Source of the DNA: Thermodesulfobacteriota bacterium
GTDB taxonomy: Bacteria > Desulfobacterota > Desulfobacteria > Desulfobacterales > C00003060
Length of the DNA: 64,000 bases
Reading direction: 5' to 3'
NCBI GenBank assembly: GCA_034189385.1
Contig: JAXHVD010000004.1
Coordinates: 32,001 to 96,000 of the forward strand
A program made the position numbers and the translations under genes. This document shows, one piece after another, positions 30,161 to 41,004 of the stretch (positions are counted from its first letter, which is position 1; each line of letters starts with the position of its first letter). The notes under the pieces were generated by a model that saw only the letters and a list, made by a program, of their open reading frames with translations, ran no database searches and was not told the origin of the DNA.

Positions 30161-30415
30161 CTACTCTGCTTCTCCAGTGTAGGGTTTGCCGCATTCACTG
30201 CACACACCATGTTCGTTGATGACGCCAATGCAGTTGCCGTCACTGCAAAGGGTGCGCTTGGAAAAATCGATGGTGTCTTCATCCGCCTTGTTATCGGCAA
30301 GATCTGGGATGGCCGATCCACAGTAGCAGCAAAATTTGCCGAAAACAGGGATACTTTCATCACATTCAGGGCATTTTCTCGACGGCAAGTCGCAATGGCA
30401 TTCGGGACACTTCAT
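30161..30415 (-). CDS. double zinc-ribbon protein
   Basis: CPEC..CPEC..FCCYCG..LCSDGNCIG..CSECG. Confidence 0.8.
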   Translation of the reverse strand: MKCPECHCDLPSRKCPECDESIPVFGKFCCYCGSAIPDLADNKADEDTIDFSKRTLCSDGNCIGVINEHGVCSECGKPYTGEAE

Positions 30416-30423
30416 GAGCCGTT

Positions 30424-31413
30424 CTATCCTCCAATAGCTGACATGGGCCGTTTGGACGCCCCTGTCTTAAAGATGGTGGCCTGGTGCTCCTTTGGTTTTC
30501 TGGCAATGGCCGTCTTAAACAACGCCTTCAGGTCTTCCCCGCTGCAGCCCCTTCTAAGAGGGCCCCTGATGTCTATCTCGTCATCAGAAAAAAGGCAGGG
30601 CCGAAGCTTGCCATCGGCTGTCAGCCTGAGGCGGTTGCAGGAAGTGCAAAAGTGGTGGCTCATGGCCGTGATAAAACCAATCTCTCCTGCTGCAGAGGGC
30701 AGACGATATCGACTGGCCGGCCCGTCATGCACTGATCGCGGGACTTTGTGAAGCGGACCCAAGGGTTCGATTTTCGATCTTATCTCATCTGAAGATATAT
30801 ATCGTTCCCGCTCCCACGGGCTATGCTTTCCCACCGGCATGTACTCGATGAATCGAACATGATAGGGCTTTTCCAAAGACAATTTGGCAAAGGCCATCAG
30901 TTCATCGTCATTGAAACCCCTCATGGCCACCACGTTTACCTTGATGGGCGAAAACCCGACCGCCTCAGCCTCCTGAAGACCTTCCCAGACATTGTCGAAG
31001 TAATCTCGGCCTGTGATCTTTATGTACTTTAGACGGTTGAGCGTGTCCAAGCTTACGTTGATTCGATGAACACCTGCTTGGAAAATCTCTTTGGCCTTCT
31101 TCTTCAAGCGCACGCCATTGGTGGTGATGCTCACGTCTTTCAGACCGGGCACCTTACATACAGATTCAACAAGGTGAACGAAGTGCTTACGCACCAGAGG
31201 CTCGCCCCCGGTGAGGCGCACTTTTGTAATTCCAATTCCAGTGCCAGCCTCAATGATCGGCAGGATCTCTTCATATCTTAAGATCTCATCATGATGCACC
31301 AGCTCCAGATCCTTTACGAGTCGGCAGTATATGCAACGAAGGTTGCACCGGTCTGTGACAGAGATCCTAAGGTAGGTGATCCTGCGATGGTAACGATCTA
31401 TGTTTGAAGCCAC
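30424..31413 (-). CDS. moaA: GTP 3',8-cyclase
   Basis: YLRISVTDRCNLRCIYC, LTGGEP, FCTSCNRLRLTADG, C-terminal IGG. Confidence 0.96.
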   Translation of the reverse strand: MASNIDRYHRRITYLRISVTDRCNLRCIYCRLVKDLELVHHDEILRYEEILPIIEAGTGIGITKVRLTGGEPLVRKHFVHLVESVCKVPGLKDVSITTNGVRLKKKAKEIFQAGVHRINVSLDTLNRLKYIKITGRDYFDNVWEGLQEAEAVGFSPIKVNVVAMRGFNDDELMAFAKLSLEKPYHVRFIEYMPVGKHSPWERERYISSDEIRSKIEPLGPLHKVPRSVHDGPASRYRLPSAAGEIGFITAMSHHFCTSCNRLRLTADGKLRPCLFSDDEIDIRGPLRRGCSGEDLKALFKTAIARKPKEHQATIFKTGASKRPMSAIGG

Positions 31414-32282
31414 AGGGGAATCCCGCTTTCAAGGCCTTTTTCCTGGGCCAGCATGTCGAGATGCAACGTCGAGACCTGCTCCACATAAGGATGCATGGGT
31501 CGCTGCATCTTCCTGGTGTCAATGGTCTTGATATATTTCTGGCATTGATCACACACATCCACCCGGCGATCCTTTTCTTCTTCGCTAAAGAAATAGTGCA
31601 TCGTCTTCTGATCTCTATTTTCGCAAAAGGGACAGTACACTCGATGTGTCCACCATTCGTGGCCACAGAAGCTACACAGGAGAAACCGCTCTCCTTCACC
31701 CCGGAGTATGGACAGGGCTGGGGGACTTCCGCAAATGGGACAATATCCTTTTGCCCAAGGTTTGTCTTTGTGAAGATACGCGGCCAGCTGGTCAGAACAC
31801 ATATGAAGCGATGGCCTTATACTGCTATAGGCAACAAAGGCAAGGATCTTCTTGTCAACATCAAGCCTTCTTTCCATCTCGTCCCAATAGGTGTCATCTT
31901 CTGCCAAGATCTTTGAGAACAGGTCAGAAAGCTCCAACTCTCCCTGATCCAAGGAAGCGACAATCTTCTTGGCGGCCTTGGCCAGGACTTCGTTTGACTC
32001 AGCGGCAAATTGGCAAAACTTCCTAAATAGCGACTCAGAGGCTGCAATGTCTATTGCGAAGTCGTTGGTGTTGATAAGCGGAAACCCCTCCTTCTGCTTT
32101 ATCGATAAGAGATCGGGTGGAATCTCAATGGCTTTCAAGTGGGTTTCTTCCATTGAGGCCTCTTGGGCCATAAGAAGCTTCTCGTAGAAATCGAGCAGTC
32201 TCTCGTATTCAGGTCTTGCTTTCTTTGCAGCAGCCACCGCCTTTTTGATTTGACCAGAGCCCAATGATTTCCTTTCTATCAT
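31398..32282 (-). CDS. fdhE: formate dehydrogenase accessory protein
   Basis: CPICGS, CSFCG..W, CPFC, CDQC..YIK motifs; adjacent to fdh genes. Confidence 0.9.
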   Translation of the reverse strand: MIERKSLGSGQIKKAVAAAKKARPEYERLLDFYEKLLMAQEASMEETHLKAIEIPPDLLSIKQKEGFPLINTNDFAIDIAASESLFRKFCQFAAESNEVLAKAAKKIVASLDQGELELSDLFSKILAEDDTYWDEMERRLDVDKKILAFVAYSSIRPSLHMCSDQLAAYLHKDKPWAKGYCPICGSPPALSILRGEGERFLLCSFCGHEWWTHRVYCPFCENRDQKTMHYFFSEEEKDRRVDVCDQCQKYIKTIDTRKMQRPMHPYVEQVSTLHLDMLAQEKGLESGIPLWLQT

Positions 32283-32310
32283 GCGATAACAATTGTCACA
32301 TATTGCCGTT

Positions 32311-32463
32311 TGTCAAATTGGATGAAGTCGTAAAAAGTCGTAACCCCGGTGACAACCGGGGTCCAGAAACACTTTAAATATTTAAAATTACTGGATTTCG
32401 GCGTCCACCGGGATGACGCGAAATGGCCATTTTGAACTTTTTACGAATCCATCAAATTTGACA
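32311..32463. mobile_element. MITE/REP-like non-autonomous element
   Basis: 28-bp imperfect terminal IRs (TGTCAAATTGGATGAAGTCGTAAAAAGT versus TGTCAAATTTGATGGATTCGTAAAAAGT) and an internal palindrome ACCCCGGT-GACA-ACCGGGGT. Confidence 0.75.
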
Positions 32464-32469
32464 TAGCAT

Positions 32470-32506
32470 AAAAAGGGGAGAAGATCAAAGGACCTTCTCC
32501 CCTTTC
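32470..32506 (-). terminator. rho-independent terminator of fdhAB
   Basis: AAAGGGGAGAAG-loop-CTTCTCCCCTTT followed by a T run on the minus strand, about 20 nt after the fdhB stop. Confidence 0.8.
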
Positions 32507-32526
32507 CGTTCAATTGCCCTTGTATC

Positions 32527-33246
32527 TTACAAGTTGGCTGTAAGCCTGGTAAGTGGACGAACGAGCCTCCTCAAGGCCACGGCCCTCGATACGTTGAAGG
32601 CTGACGTGGAGGCCACTGCAAAGTTGTGGTACAGATTAGGTTCTTCAGTTACCAAATAGATAACTCGAATGTCATCTGGGTCTAAGAGCCTGGCTTTGGG
32701 ATGGGTCTTCTTCACCACATCCAGACGCTTCTTGGCCAAAGCAAGCATCTCCTTTCGGTCCCCGAAATTCATTGCTCCCGTGGGACAGGTCTTCACACAG
32801 GCAGGCAAGAGCCCATTTTCGACGCGATCAATACACATGTCGCACTTGGCCAGAGTCCCGTCCTCACAGGCCCGCGGAATGTTGTACGGGCAGGAGTCTA
32901 TAACCGCCTGGGTATCCAGGTTCTTGGTTTTGGCTGTGTAGACCACTGCACCGGTTGCGGGGTCCCTGAAGATGGCCTCTGGGTCATCTGCCGTCATTTC
33001 ACAAGGTGGCTCCAGGCAATGACGACACTGATCCGGGAAGAAAAGCCACTTAAGCTTGCCGTCCACCACCACTTCGTTGAATCTCACAAGCTTGTAGGTC
33101 ACAAAGGAGAGATCCGCCGGGTTCTGATGGGTTCCACGGTTTACGGTTTTTTCCGCTGGCAGGTCATGCCACTGTTTACAGGCTACCTGACACCCCCTGC
33201 AGGCCGTACATATCGTCGTATCGATGAAAAATGATTTACCTGGCAT
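32527..33246 (-). CDS. fdhB: formate dehydrogenase Fe-S (beta) subunit
   Basis: CTACRGCQVAC, CRHCLEPPC, CDMCIDR..PACVKTCPTGA. Confidence 0.93.
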   Translation of the reverse strand: MPGKSFFIDTTICTACRGCQVACKQWHDLPAEKTVNRGTHQNPADLSFVTYKLVRFNEVVVDGKLKWLFFPDQCRHCLEPPCEMTADDPEAIFRDPATGAVVYTAKTKNLDTQAVIDSCPYNIPRACEDGTLAKCDMCIDRVENGLLPACVKTCPTGAMNFGDRKEMLALAKKRLDVVKKTHPKARLLDPDDIRVIYLVTEEPNLYHNFAVASTSAFNVSRAVALRRLVRPLTRLTANL

Positions 33247-33261
33247 TCAGATCACCTCCTT

Positions 33262-36200
33262 CTATATTTTGGATACATTGACCATAAAGGCCTTGGTTTC
33301 AGGGATTCTTGTATTCGGATCCCCAGTTGCAGGGGTAAGCAGATTGGCACTGTCTTCTTTACCCGTTTGGGGCCAGCGCCAGCCAAAACACCACGGGAAG
33401 CCTACCTGGTGCACCGTGTTTCCTCCAATCGTGAAAGGCTTGAATCTCTTGGTCACAATGGCAGTGCATTCCAGGGAGCCACGGGCCGATGAGGCCAATA
33501 CCCGCTCTCCGTTCTTGATACCCTTGAGCTGTGCCAACTCCTCACTCATCTCTACGAAGACCTGGGGCTCCAACTCCAGAAGCCAGGGCTGAGGCCGCGT
33601 CATGAGACCCGTCTGCCAGTGCTCGGACACACGGTAGGTGGTCCCCACAATCGGGTACTTGGGATCGCATGTCTCATAGGCATCTGCCTTGGTTCCGTAC
33701 ACCGGCGCCACAGGGTTCATCCTCTGCTCATTCATCAGGTTCTTTTCAATCGGACACTCCAGCGGTTCATAGTGCTCTGGGAAGGGACCGTCTGCGCGGC
33801 CCGGGCCGAAGATCTGGGCGTGGCCGTGGACGTGCATGATAAAGGCCCACTTGCTTTTGGGATTCGGCTTTTCCAGGCTCCCAAGGGGCGGCCAGCCGCC
33901 GTCGGGCACATCGCCGATCCATTTGCTCCCATTCCACTTGATGACCCACTGATCCTTATCCCATGGTTGGCCCTTCAGGTCCACCGAAGCTCGGTTATAA
34001 ATGATCCTGCGGTTCACGGGCCAGCACCAGGAAAACTTCGGATAGAGCCCGATCTTGTTTTCAGCATCCCCCTGGCCCCGCCGGGCGGCCATGTTTCCCT
34101 TTTCAGTATAACTGTTGCAATAGAGCCAGTTTGCCGAAGAGGTGGAGCCATCGTCTTTCAGGTAGGCAAAACTGGGGACAAGTTCCCCTTTCTTGAAGCT
34201 CTTCTTCTTAGCCGGAAAATCAACGTCTTTTAGAAAATAGCCGTTGATCTCCTTGGCCGCCTTATGAGCATCATACATGCCCTCTGTCACGTAGTCCCAC
34301 TTCAGGTTCAAGATCGGCTCTGGGAAGGCCCCCTTTTCTTTCTCATAGAGTTCCTTGATCTTGAAGCCAAGTTCCATGATGATGTCCCCGTCGGACCTGC
34401 TGTTTCCAAGGGGTTTTGGCCCCGGGTAACGCCACTGCATCCACCGGCCGCTATTGGTGATGCTCCCTTCCTTTTCCACGGATACACAGGCCGGCAAAGA
34501 GAAGACCTCGGTCTTGATCTTGGATGGCTTCATGCCCGGTCCTTTCCAGAAGGAAGCGGTCTCGTTGTCAAAGAGATTCACATTGACCATCCAGTCAAGC
34601 TTGGCCATGGCCTGCCGATTCTTGTTGGCATTGGCCAGCGAGCAGGCCAGATTCATCCCCCAGTTGAAAAAACCCTTGACCTTTCCCTTGTACATGTCGT
34701 CGAACATGTCAAGGAAGGCATAGGTCTTTCCGGCATCCAGTTTAGGCATCCAGTCATAGCCAAAGTCGTTTCTCTTTTTTGCCTTTTCGCCAAAAAATGA
34801 CTTTAACAAACTCACCATGTACTTGGGCTCATTCTGCCACCAGTTGGCGCTCAAGGGGTCATTGCTCTTGGCCCGCCTTTTGAGGTAATCGTCCAGTTTT
34901 GGCCATTTGGTGCTTGGCGTGGCCAGGTACCCCGGCCAGATGTGAAAGAGCAGGCAATGATCTGTGGAACCCTGCACATTAGACTCGCCGCGTAGGGCGT
35001 TCACGCCGCCGCCGGCCACGCCGATGTTCCCGAGAAGGAGCTGAATGATGGCCATGGTTCGGATATTCTGGGTCCCCACCGTGTGTTGGGTCCAGCCCAT
35101 AGCATACATGATGGTACCGGCCTTGCCGGTGGCACCGGTGGCAGTATAGGCCTTGTAGACTGCCATGAGATCGGCCTCCGGTGTCCCTGTGATCTTTGAA
35201 ACCAGCTTGGTGTTGTACCGGTCGTAATGTTTCTTCAACAACTGAAAAACACAGCGGGGATCTTCTAGGCCACGGTCCATCTTGGGAACCCCATTTTCGT
35301 CCATGGCAAAGGCCCATTTGCTCTTGTCATATTTTCGGGCCTTTTTGTCATAGCCGGAGAAGAGACCATCTTTGAAATCAAAGTCTTTTCCCACAACAAA
35401 GGGCGCATTGGTGTATGCGCGCACATAGTCCTTATTGTAAAGCTTGTTGTCGATAATGTACTTGATCATGCCGCCCAAGAAGGCGATGTCGGTCCCTGAT
35501 CGCAGGGCCGTGTAAATGTCAGCTTTTGAAGAGGTCCTGGTGAATCTGGGGTCCACATTCACGAGTTTGGCCCCCTTTTTCATGGCCTGGACCACGTACT
35601 TGAAGGAAATGGGATGGTTCTCGGCAGCATTGCTTCCCATGATCAGGACGCAATCGCTGTTGCCGATGTCTATCCAGTGGTTAGTCATGGCGCCTCGTCC
35701 GAACGACTCTGCCAGAGCCGCTACTGTGGCGCTGTGTCAGATACGGGCCTGATGCTCTATATAGACAAGGCCCAGAGCCCGCATGAGGGCCTGGTAGATC
35801 CAGCACTCCTCGTTATCCAGGGCGGAACTGCCCCCCGAGACGATGGCCGTTGTCCGGTTGACCATCTGCCCTTTCTCGTTCTTGCGGGTAAAGCTCTCAT
35901 CCCGGGTCTCCTTCACCCGCTTGGCAATCTCGGTAAGGGCCCAGTCCCATGAGACCTGCTTCCACTCCTTGGCACCAGGGGCTCGGTACATCGGTTCAAG
36001 GAGCCGGTTTTCGTTTTCTGCCAGCCCGGACAGCGCCGCCCCCTTACTGCAGAGCGAACCGCGGCTTATAACATGGTCCGGATCACCCTCGATGTTCATC
36101 ACGCGGCCGTCGCCTTTTTTGCTCGTATGCACGATAGCCCCACAACCTACTGCACAATAGGGGCAGATGGTGGTAGTCTCTTTGGCATACTTTGTCTTGA

Positions 36201-36312
36201 GCATTTGGGCATGTGACCTCACTGGTGAAAGGTCGAATCCCAGACCGCTCACTGCAAGCCCGGCAGCCGTGGCACCAGAAACCTGCATGAATTCTCTACG
36301 TGTTACTTTCAT
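33262..36312 (-). CDS. fdhA: selenocysteine-containing formate dehydrogenase alpha subunit (Tat-exported), 1016 aa
   Basis: Two ORFs joined by an in-frame TGA at 35737-35739 (EHQARI-U-HSATVAAL); Tat motif TRREFM; CPYCAVGC; RGESNVQG. Confidence 0.95.
35689..35736 (-). promoter_or_regulatory. bacterial SECIS element
   Basis: Immediately 3' of the UGA: lower stem GCGCC/GGCGC and apical stem GCGGCUC-UGGCA-GAGUCGU with a G-containing loop. Confidence 0.8.
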
Positions 36313-36680
36313 GGGTGTAATCACCTTCCTTCCCGATAAAGGTTTGGATACGATTGAGAAAAGCGCGCCTACTAGAAACCGCCTGGACGTCACCCCCTTT
36401 CGAGAAAAATAGACTCATTGCTTAAGAGAATTGTGTTGTGGCAAGTAACCTTCCAACACCAAAGATGGAAAACGCTTTTTGTTGGCCATTGATGCGTTAG
36501 ATATCCAGTCCGAACATGGAAAAAGAAAAAGGTTCAACTATGTCAGATATGACACAACTACCTTATTCTATTACAAAAACTTTTATTCGAAAGGGGAAGG
36601 CCTGTCAACCGTCTATTTGCAGGATAGGGCAAGAAAAACTACGGATTAAACACGGGGATAATATCAGGTCCATACTGTTA

Positions 36681-37229
36681 TTATGGTAAGGATAACAGGG
36701 AACTTCTGAGGTTTGCTTTCTTGTTTTTTAAGCCGAGCTTGGCTCTGATGTTGTCTCTATGAAACTCGATCGCCCTCGTTGACACGTTGGACAACTCTGC
36801 GATCTCCTTTGATGTCTTGCCCTCCTTGATGAGGGCGGCCACCTGGATCTCTCTGGGCGTCAACCCCCAGTACTTTGAGGAGAGCTTGGCAGAGAAAGGA
36901 GAGACAATCCTGTTTAGATGTGACTCGATAATACCCAAATAGGTTTGCTGTTTGGGATCCAGTCGGGTGTTCCTCAGGGCGTCCACATAGGGCAATATCA
37001 GCCCCTTTACGTTAGATAGAACCTTTTCTTCAAGTTCAGCCTTGTCTTCCTCTCTTCGCTTCAGCAAAACTTTCAGCGCCATCTTTACTTCCTCAAGGTT
37101 GCGCACATGGTCTTTGACCGCTGCCTCGCTTTTTCGAAGAGCCGCTTCAACCCGTTTGCGCTCTTGGGATTCCTTCTCCAACTGCCGGACTATCTCTTCC
37201 AGATTCTCATAGCTAGGCCTTTTTCCCAT
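36681..37229 (-). CDS. LuxR-family HTH regulator (coiled coil plus HTH)
   Basis: LTPREIQVA..GKTSKEIA..HRDNIRAKLG; GGAGG RBS before ATG 37229. Confidence 0.88.
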   Translation of the reverse strand: MGKRPSYENLEEIVRQLEKESQERKRVEAALRKSEAAVKDHVRNLEEVKMALKVLLKRREEDKAELEEKVLSNVKGLILPYVDALRNTRLDPKQQTYLGIIESHLNRIVSPFSAKLSSKYWGLTPREIQVAALIKEGKTSKEIAELSNVSTRAIEFHRDNIRAKLGLKNKKANLRSSLLSLP

Positions 37230-37687
37230 TGAGGCATCCTCCCCTGGGAAACGGAACGGCCCAAGCCGCCCGCGTCTCTTTTGGTGTTGGGTACGCTGGA
37301 AGCCGGAGGCCACGAAAGACGTAGCGCCAGTTCTTCCCCCGGCCGTTACCCAAACCAGAATTCCTTTGAGCCGTTTTTTGTCCATGGACCTTCTCGAATC
37401 CGTCGGCTGACTGGGGTAAGCCCAAGATTCATCAAAAGACGGTTCGGGGAAGCCAAAAAGTGTTTGGGCAACAGCTCGTTTCCGTAGCAACGCCATTGTA
37501 TCACAAGGCCCTCGTTTTGTGGGAGCCCGTTTTCCCGATCGCGCGGGCAAAGGCTTGTCGAGTCATTGAAGGAGTCGGTATTTGTTAACGATTAGGCTGC
37601 TGGCAGGCAAAGCTTAAACGGTGTGCCTGAATCACTGGCGTTTCTAAGTCTACGGTCCCGCCATGCTTTTCAATTATCCCAACTTCC

Positions 37688-39475
37688 TTACCCTTTTAGG
37701 GGCCGCATTTTTAAGGACAGTTCCTCCAACTGGCCCGGGGAAGCCTCGCAGGGTGCCCCTGTGAGGAGACAGGCTGCTTTCTGCGTCTTTGGGAAGGCGA
37801 TCACATCACGGATAGACGCCTGCTTGGCCATGAGCATGACGAGTCTATCAAAACCAAAGGCAATCCCACCGTGGGGGGGTGCCCCAAGCTGAAGGGCCTC
37901 CAGGATAAAACCAAACTTCTTCTCGTAGGTCTCAGGATCCATGCCCAGGGCCTCGAAGACCCTCTGCTGAACATCGTACTGGTGGTTGCGGATACTTCCA
38001 CCGCCGATTTCAGATCCGTTCAGCACAAGGTCATAGGCCCGGGACCGGACTGAAAGAGGCTCTTCAGTCAGCCTTGCCATGTCCGCCTCAAGGGGAGCGG
38101 TAAAGGGATGGTGCACCGCCACGTAGCGTTTTTCATCCTCGTCATATTCTACCAGGGGGAACTCGGTCACCCACACGAAGTCGTATTCGTCATGATCCAC
38201 CAAACCAAGCTTGTGGCCCAAGTGATTGCGCAGATGACCTAGAGATTCATTCACCACTGCCGGTTGATCGGCCACAAAGAAGACGAGATCTCCGGGCTCT
38301 GCCCCAAGCCTTTGAGCAAGCGATGCCTTTTCAGCATCGGTGAAGAATTTGGCAATAGGCGATTGCCAAGCATCGGGCCGGATCTTGATCCAAGCAAGAC
38401 CCTTTGCCTTGTAGATGGCCACAAATTCGGTGAGATCGTCAATCTCCTTTCGAGAGAGATCTATACATCCTTTGGCGTTTAGGGCCTTGACTTGGCCCCC
38501 AGCCCTGACCACATCAGCAAAGGCCCTAAACTCGGCCTCTGCCACAATGTCAGAGACATCGATCAACTCCAGGCCAAACCGAAGATCAGGTTTGTCCAGG
38601 CCAAATCGCCCTGTGGCTTCATCGTAGGCCAAGCGTTTGAAGGGCCTTTTCAGGTCCATGTCAAGGAGCTCCTTGAACAGGGCCGCCATCATCCCCTCTG
38701 TGACCTCCATCAGGTCCTCTTCTGTCACAAAAGACATCTCAAGGTCGATCTGCGTAAACTCTGGTTGACGGTCAGCCCGAAGGTCTTCATCTCTAAAACA
38801 CCTGGCAATCTGATAGTATCTGTCAAACCCGGAGAGCATCAACAGCTGCTTGAAGAGCTGGGGCGATTGGGGAAGGGCATAGAACTGCCCTGGGTTGACC
38901 CGGCTGGGCACAAGGTAGTCCCGCGCCCCTTCCGGGGTGCTCTTTGTCAGAAAAGGCGTTTCAATATCCAGAAATCCCAGGCCATTGAGATAGGAACGGA
39001 TGGTGGCAGCCGCCCGATGTCGCAGGATGAGGTTCTTCTGCAGTGCAGGCCGACGCATGTCCAGGTATCGGTAACGAAGTCGGATATTTTCAGACACCTG
39101 TGTGTCATCTTCCAGTACAAAAGGCGGCGTCTTTGAATGATTCAGGATTTTCAGTTCCGAGGCCATCACATCAATTGCACCGGTCTTGAGATTGGGGTTG
39201 ACCATGCCTTCGGGCCTGGGGACCACAACCCCCCGAACGGCCAGGATAAACTCGTTTCGGATCACATGGGCCTTTGCATGGACGTCTTTGTTGAACTCCG
39301 GGTTAAAGACCACCTGCGTGAGCCCTTCTCGATCGCGAAGGTCTACAAAAATGACGCCACCATGATCTCGACGGCGCTGCACCCACCCCATGAGCACCAC
39401 TTCCTTGTCAACGTCTTTTGCCGTCAACGCACAGCAGTGGTGGGTTCGTTTCATGTTGCCAAGGGAATCAAACAA
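37688..39475 (-). CDS. aspS: aspartate--tRNA ligase, probably non-discriminating (Asp/Asn)
   Basis: [41 protein letters not shown]. Confidence 0.97.
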   Translation of the reverse strand: MFDSLGNMKRTHHCCALTAKDVDKEVVLMGWVQRRRDHGGVIFVDLRDREGLTQVVFNPEFNKDVHAKAHVIRNEFILAVRGVVVPRPEGMVNPNLKTGAIDVMASELKILNHSKTPPFVLEDDTQVSENIRLRYRYLDMRRPALQKNLILRHRAAATIRSYLNGLGFLDIETPFLTKSTPEGARDYLVPSRVNPGQFYALPQSPQLFKQLLMLSGFDRYYQIARCFRDEDLRADRQPEFTQIDLEMSFVTEEDLMEVTEGMMAALFKELLDMDLKRPFKRLAYDEATGRFGLDKPDLRFGLELIDVSDIVAEAEFRAFADVVRAGGQVKALNAKGCIDLSRKEIDDLTEFVAIYKAKGLAWIKIRPDAWQSPIAKFFTDAEKASLAQRLGAEPGDLVFFVADQPAVVNESLGHLRNHLGHKLGLVDHDEYDFVWVTEFPLVEYDEDEKRYVAVHHPFTAPLEADMARLTEEPLSVRSRAYDLVLNGSEIGGGSIRNHQYDVQQRVFEALGMDPETYEKKFGFILEALQLGAPPHGGIAFGFDRLVMLMAKQASIRDVIAFPKTQKAACLLTGAPCEASPGQLEELSLKMRPLKG

Positions 39476-39498
39476 AATCGGCTCCTTTCCGACATGTA

Positions 39499-40767
39499 TC
39501 AGCTCTCCGGGCCGGACCGGATTCTACCTGCAACAACCTCGACAAGGCCTTGCAAGGGGACCTGGTCCTGTTGCTTTGTCTCAAGGTCTCTTAAGACGGC
39601 AGCCCCGTCGTCCAGCTCGCGGTCGCCCACTATAAGGGCATAGGACGCTTCAAGCTTGTTGGCCCGCCGCATTTGGGCCTTCAGGCTTCGGTCCTCAAAA
39701 TCCATCTCTGCCCGGATCTTCTGCCCCCTCAACGCCTGGACCCATCTGAAGGCGCTCTCCTGGGCCCTCGCCCCCAATGCCGCGATGAAGAGATGGGGAC
39801 GCTTCTCAAAACGATCGGCCCTTTCCGCTAGTAGGTCGATCAACCGATCAAGACCAATGGCAAAACCAACGCCAGGCTGATCAGGTCCGCCAAGGGCCTT
39901 TACCAGGCCGTCATAGCGCCCCCCGCCTGCCACGGCATCCTGGGCCCCCAAAGACTGGCCAAGGACCTCAAAGGTCGTTCGTGTGTAGTAGTCCAATCCC
40001 CTGACCAGACGGTGATCGGCCTCAAAAGGGATCCCAAATCCTTCCAACGCCCTCTGGACCATGTCAAAATGGTTCCTACATTCCTCACAAAGGTGGTCCA
40101 CGATCGATGGGGCATCCACCATGGCCTCCTTGCAGGTGGCTACCTTACAGTCGAAGATGCGCAAAGGGTTTCTTCCCCGCCTCTTCAGACAATCTGAACA
40201 CAATTGCCCGGTGCGGCCCTCCAAAAAGGACCTCAGGGCCTCTTTGAAGCGTGGACGGCAGGCGTTGCAGCCCAGAGAGTTGATGTGGAGTGCCACGCCA
40301 GGAACTTCAAGGCGGTTCATCAAGGTCATCAGGAGAAAGACCAGTTCAGCATCTGCCTTGGGATCGTGGAGGCCGAAGACCTCGGCATTGATCTGATAGA
40401 ACTGACGATACCGGCCCTTCTGGGGACGCTCCCTCCGGAACATGGGTCCCAGGGTGTAAAGCTTCCGGACAGGGTCTTTGGCATACAGCTTGTGTTCGAT
40501 GTAGGCCCTCACCACAGAGGCCGTGGCCTCTGGCCGCATGGTCAGAGACTTGCCGCCTTGATCGGTGAAGGTGTACATCTCCTTTTCTACGATATCCGTG
40601 TCAGCCCCGATACTGCGGGCAAAAAGCTCTGTTTGCTCCAGCATGGGGGGCCTGACTTCGGCAAAGCCAAATTGGCCAAAGAGCTCCCGTGCAAGCTCTT
40701 CAACATGTTGCCAGAGTCCTGTTTCTCCCGGCAAGATGTCCTTAAAACCCCTGACCAGCCTTATCAT
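39499..40767 (-). CDS. hisS: histidine--tRNA ligase
   Basis: [35 protein letters not shown]. Confidence 0.97.
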   Translation of the reverse strand: MIRLVRGFKDILPGETGLWQHVEELARELFGQFGFAEVRPPMLEQTELFARSIGADTDIVEKEMYTFTDQGGKSLTMRPEATASVVRAYIEHKLYAKDPVRKLYTLGPMFRRERPQKGRYRQFYQINAEVFGLHDPKADAELVFLLMTLMNRLEVPGVALHINSLGCNACRPRFKEALRSFLEGRTGQLCSDCLKRRGRNPLRIFDCKVATCKEAMVDAPSIVDHLCEECRNHFDMVQRALEGFGIPFEADHRLVRGLDYYTRTTFEVLGQSLGAQDAVAGGGRYDGLVKALGGPDQPGVGFAIGLDRLIDLLAERADRFEKRPHLFIAALGARAQESAFRWVQALRGQKIRAEMDFEDRSLKAQMRRANKLEASYALIVGDRELDDGAAVLRDLETKQQDQVPLQGLVEVVAGRIRSGPES

Positions 40768-41004
40768 TGCGCCGTTCCTCATCATCCCACACGCCATGGG
40801 TGGATTCAAAAAACCGTTATGCTAGTGGACCCTTCCCGCTGAAGTCAATACAAATATGCGGCCGGAAAAAGGGACCGCGCCTTGGCGCCTCTGGCACGGG
40901 GAGCCGTCACGACCCCATGGACGGGCAAGGGACGGCACAGGTCCCCCCCTGCAGGCCATCCGTCGCCATCTCTTTTCAATGTCTTTTTGGGGCCACGGGA
41001 GGGC

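Noticed and set aside
37230..37550. N-terminal extension of the LuxR ORF
   Set aside because: Not protein-like; a good RBS and a recognisable N-terminal motif begin at 37229
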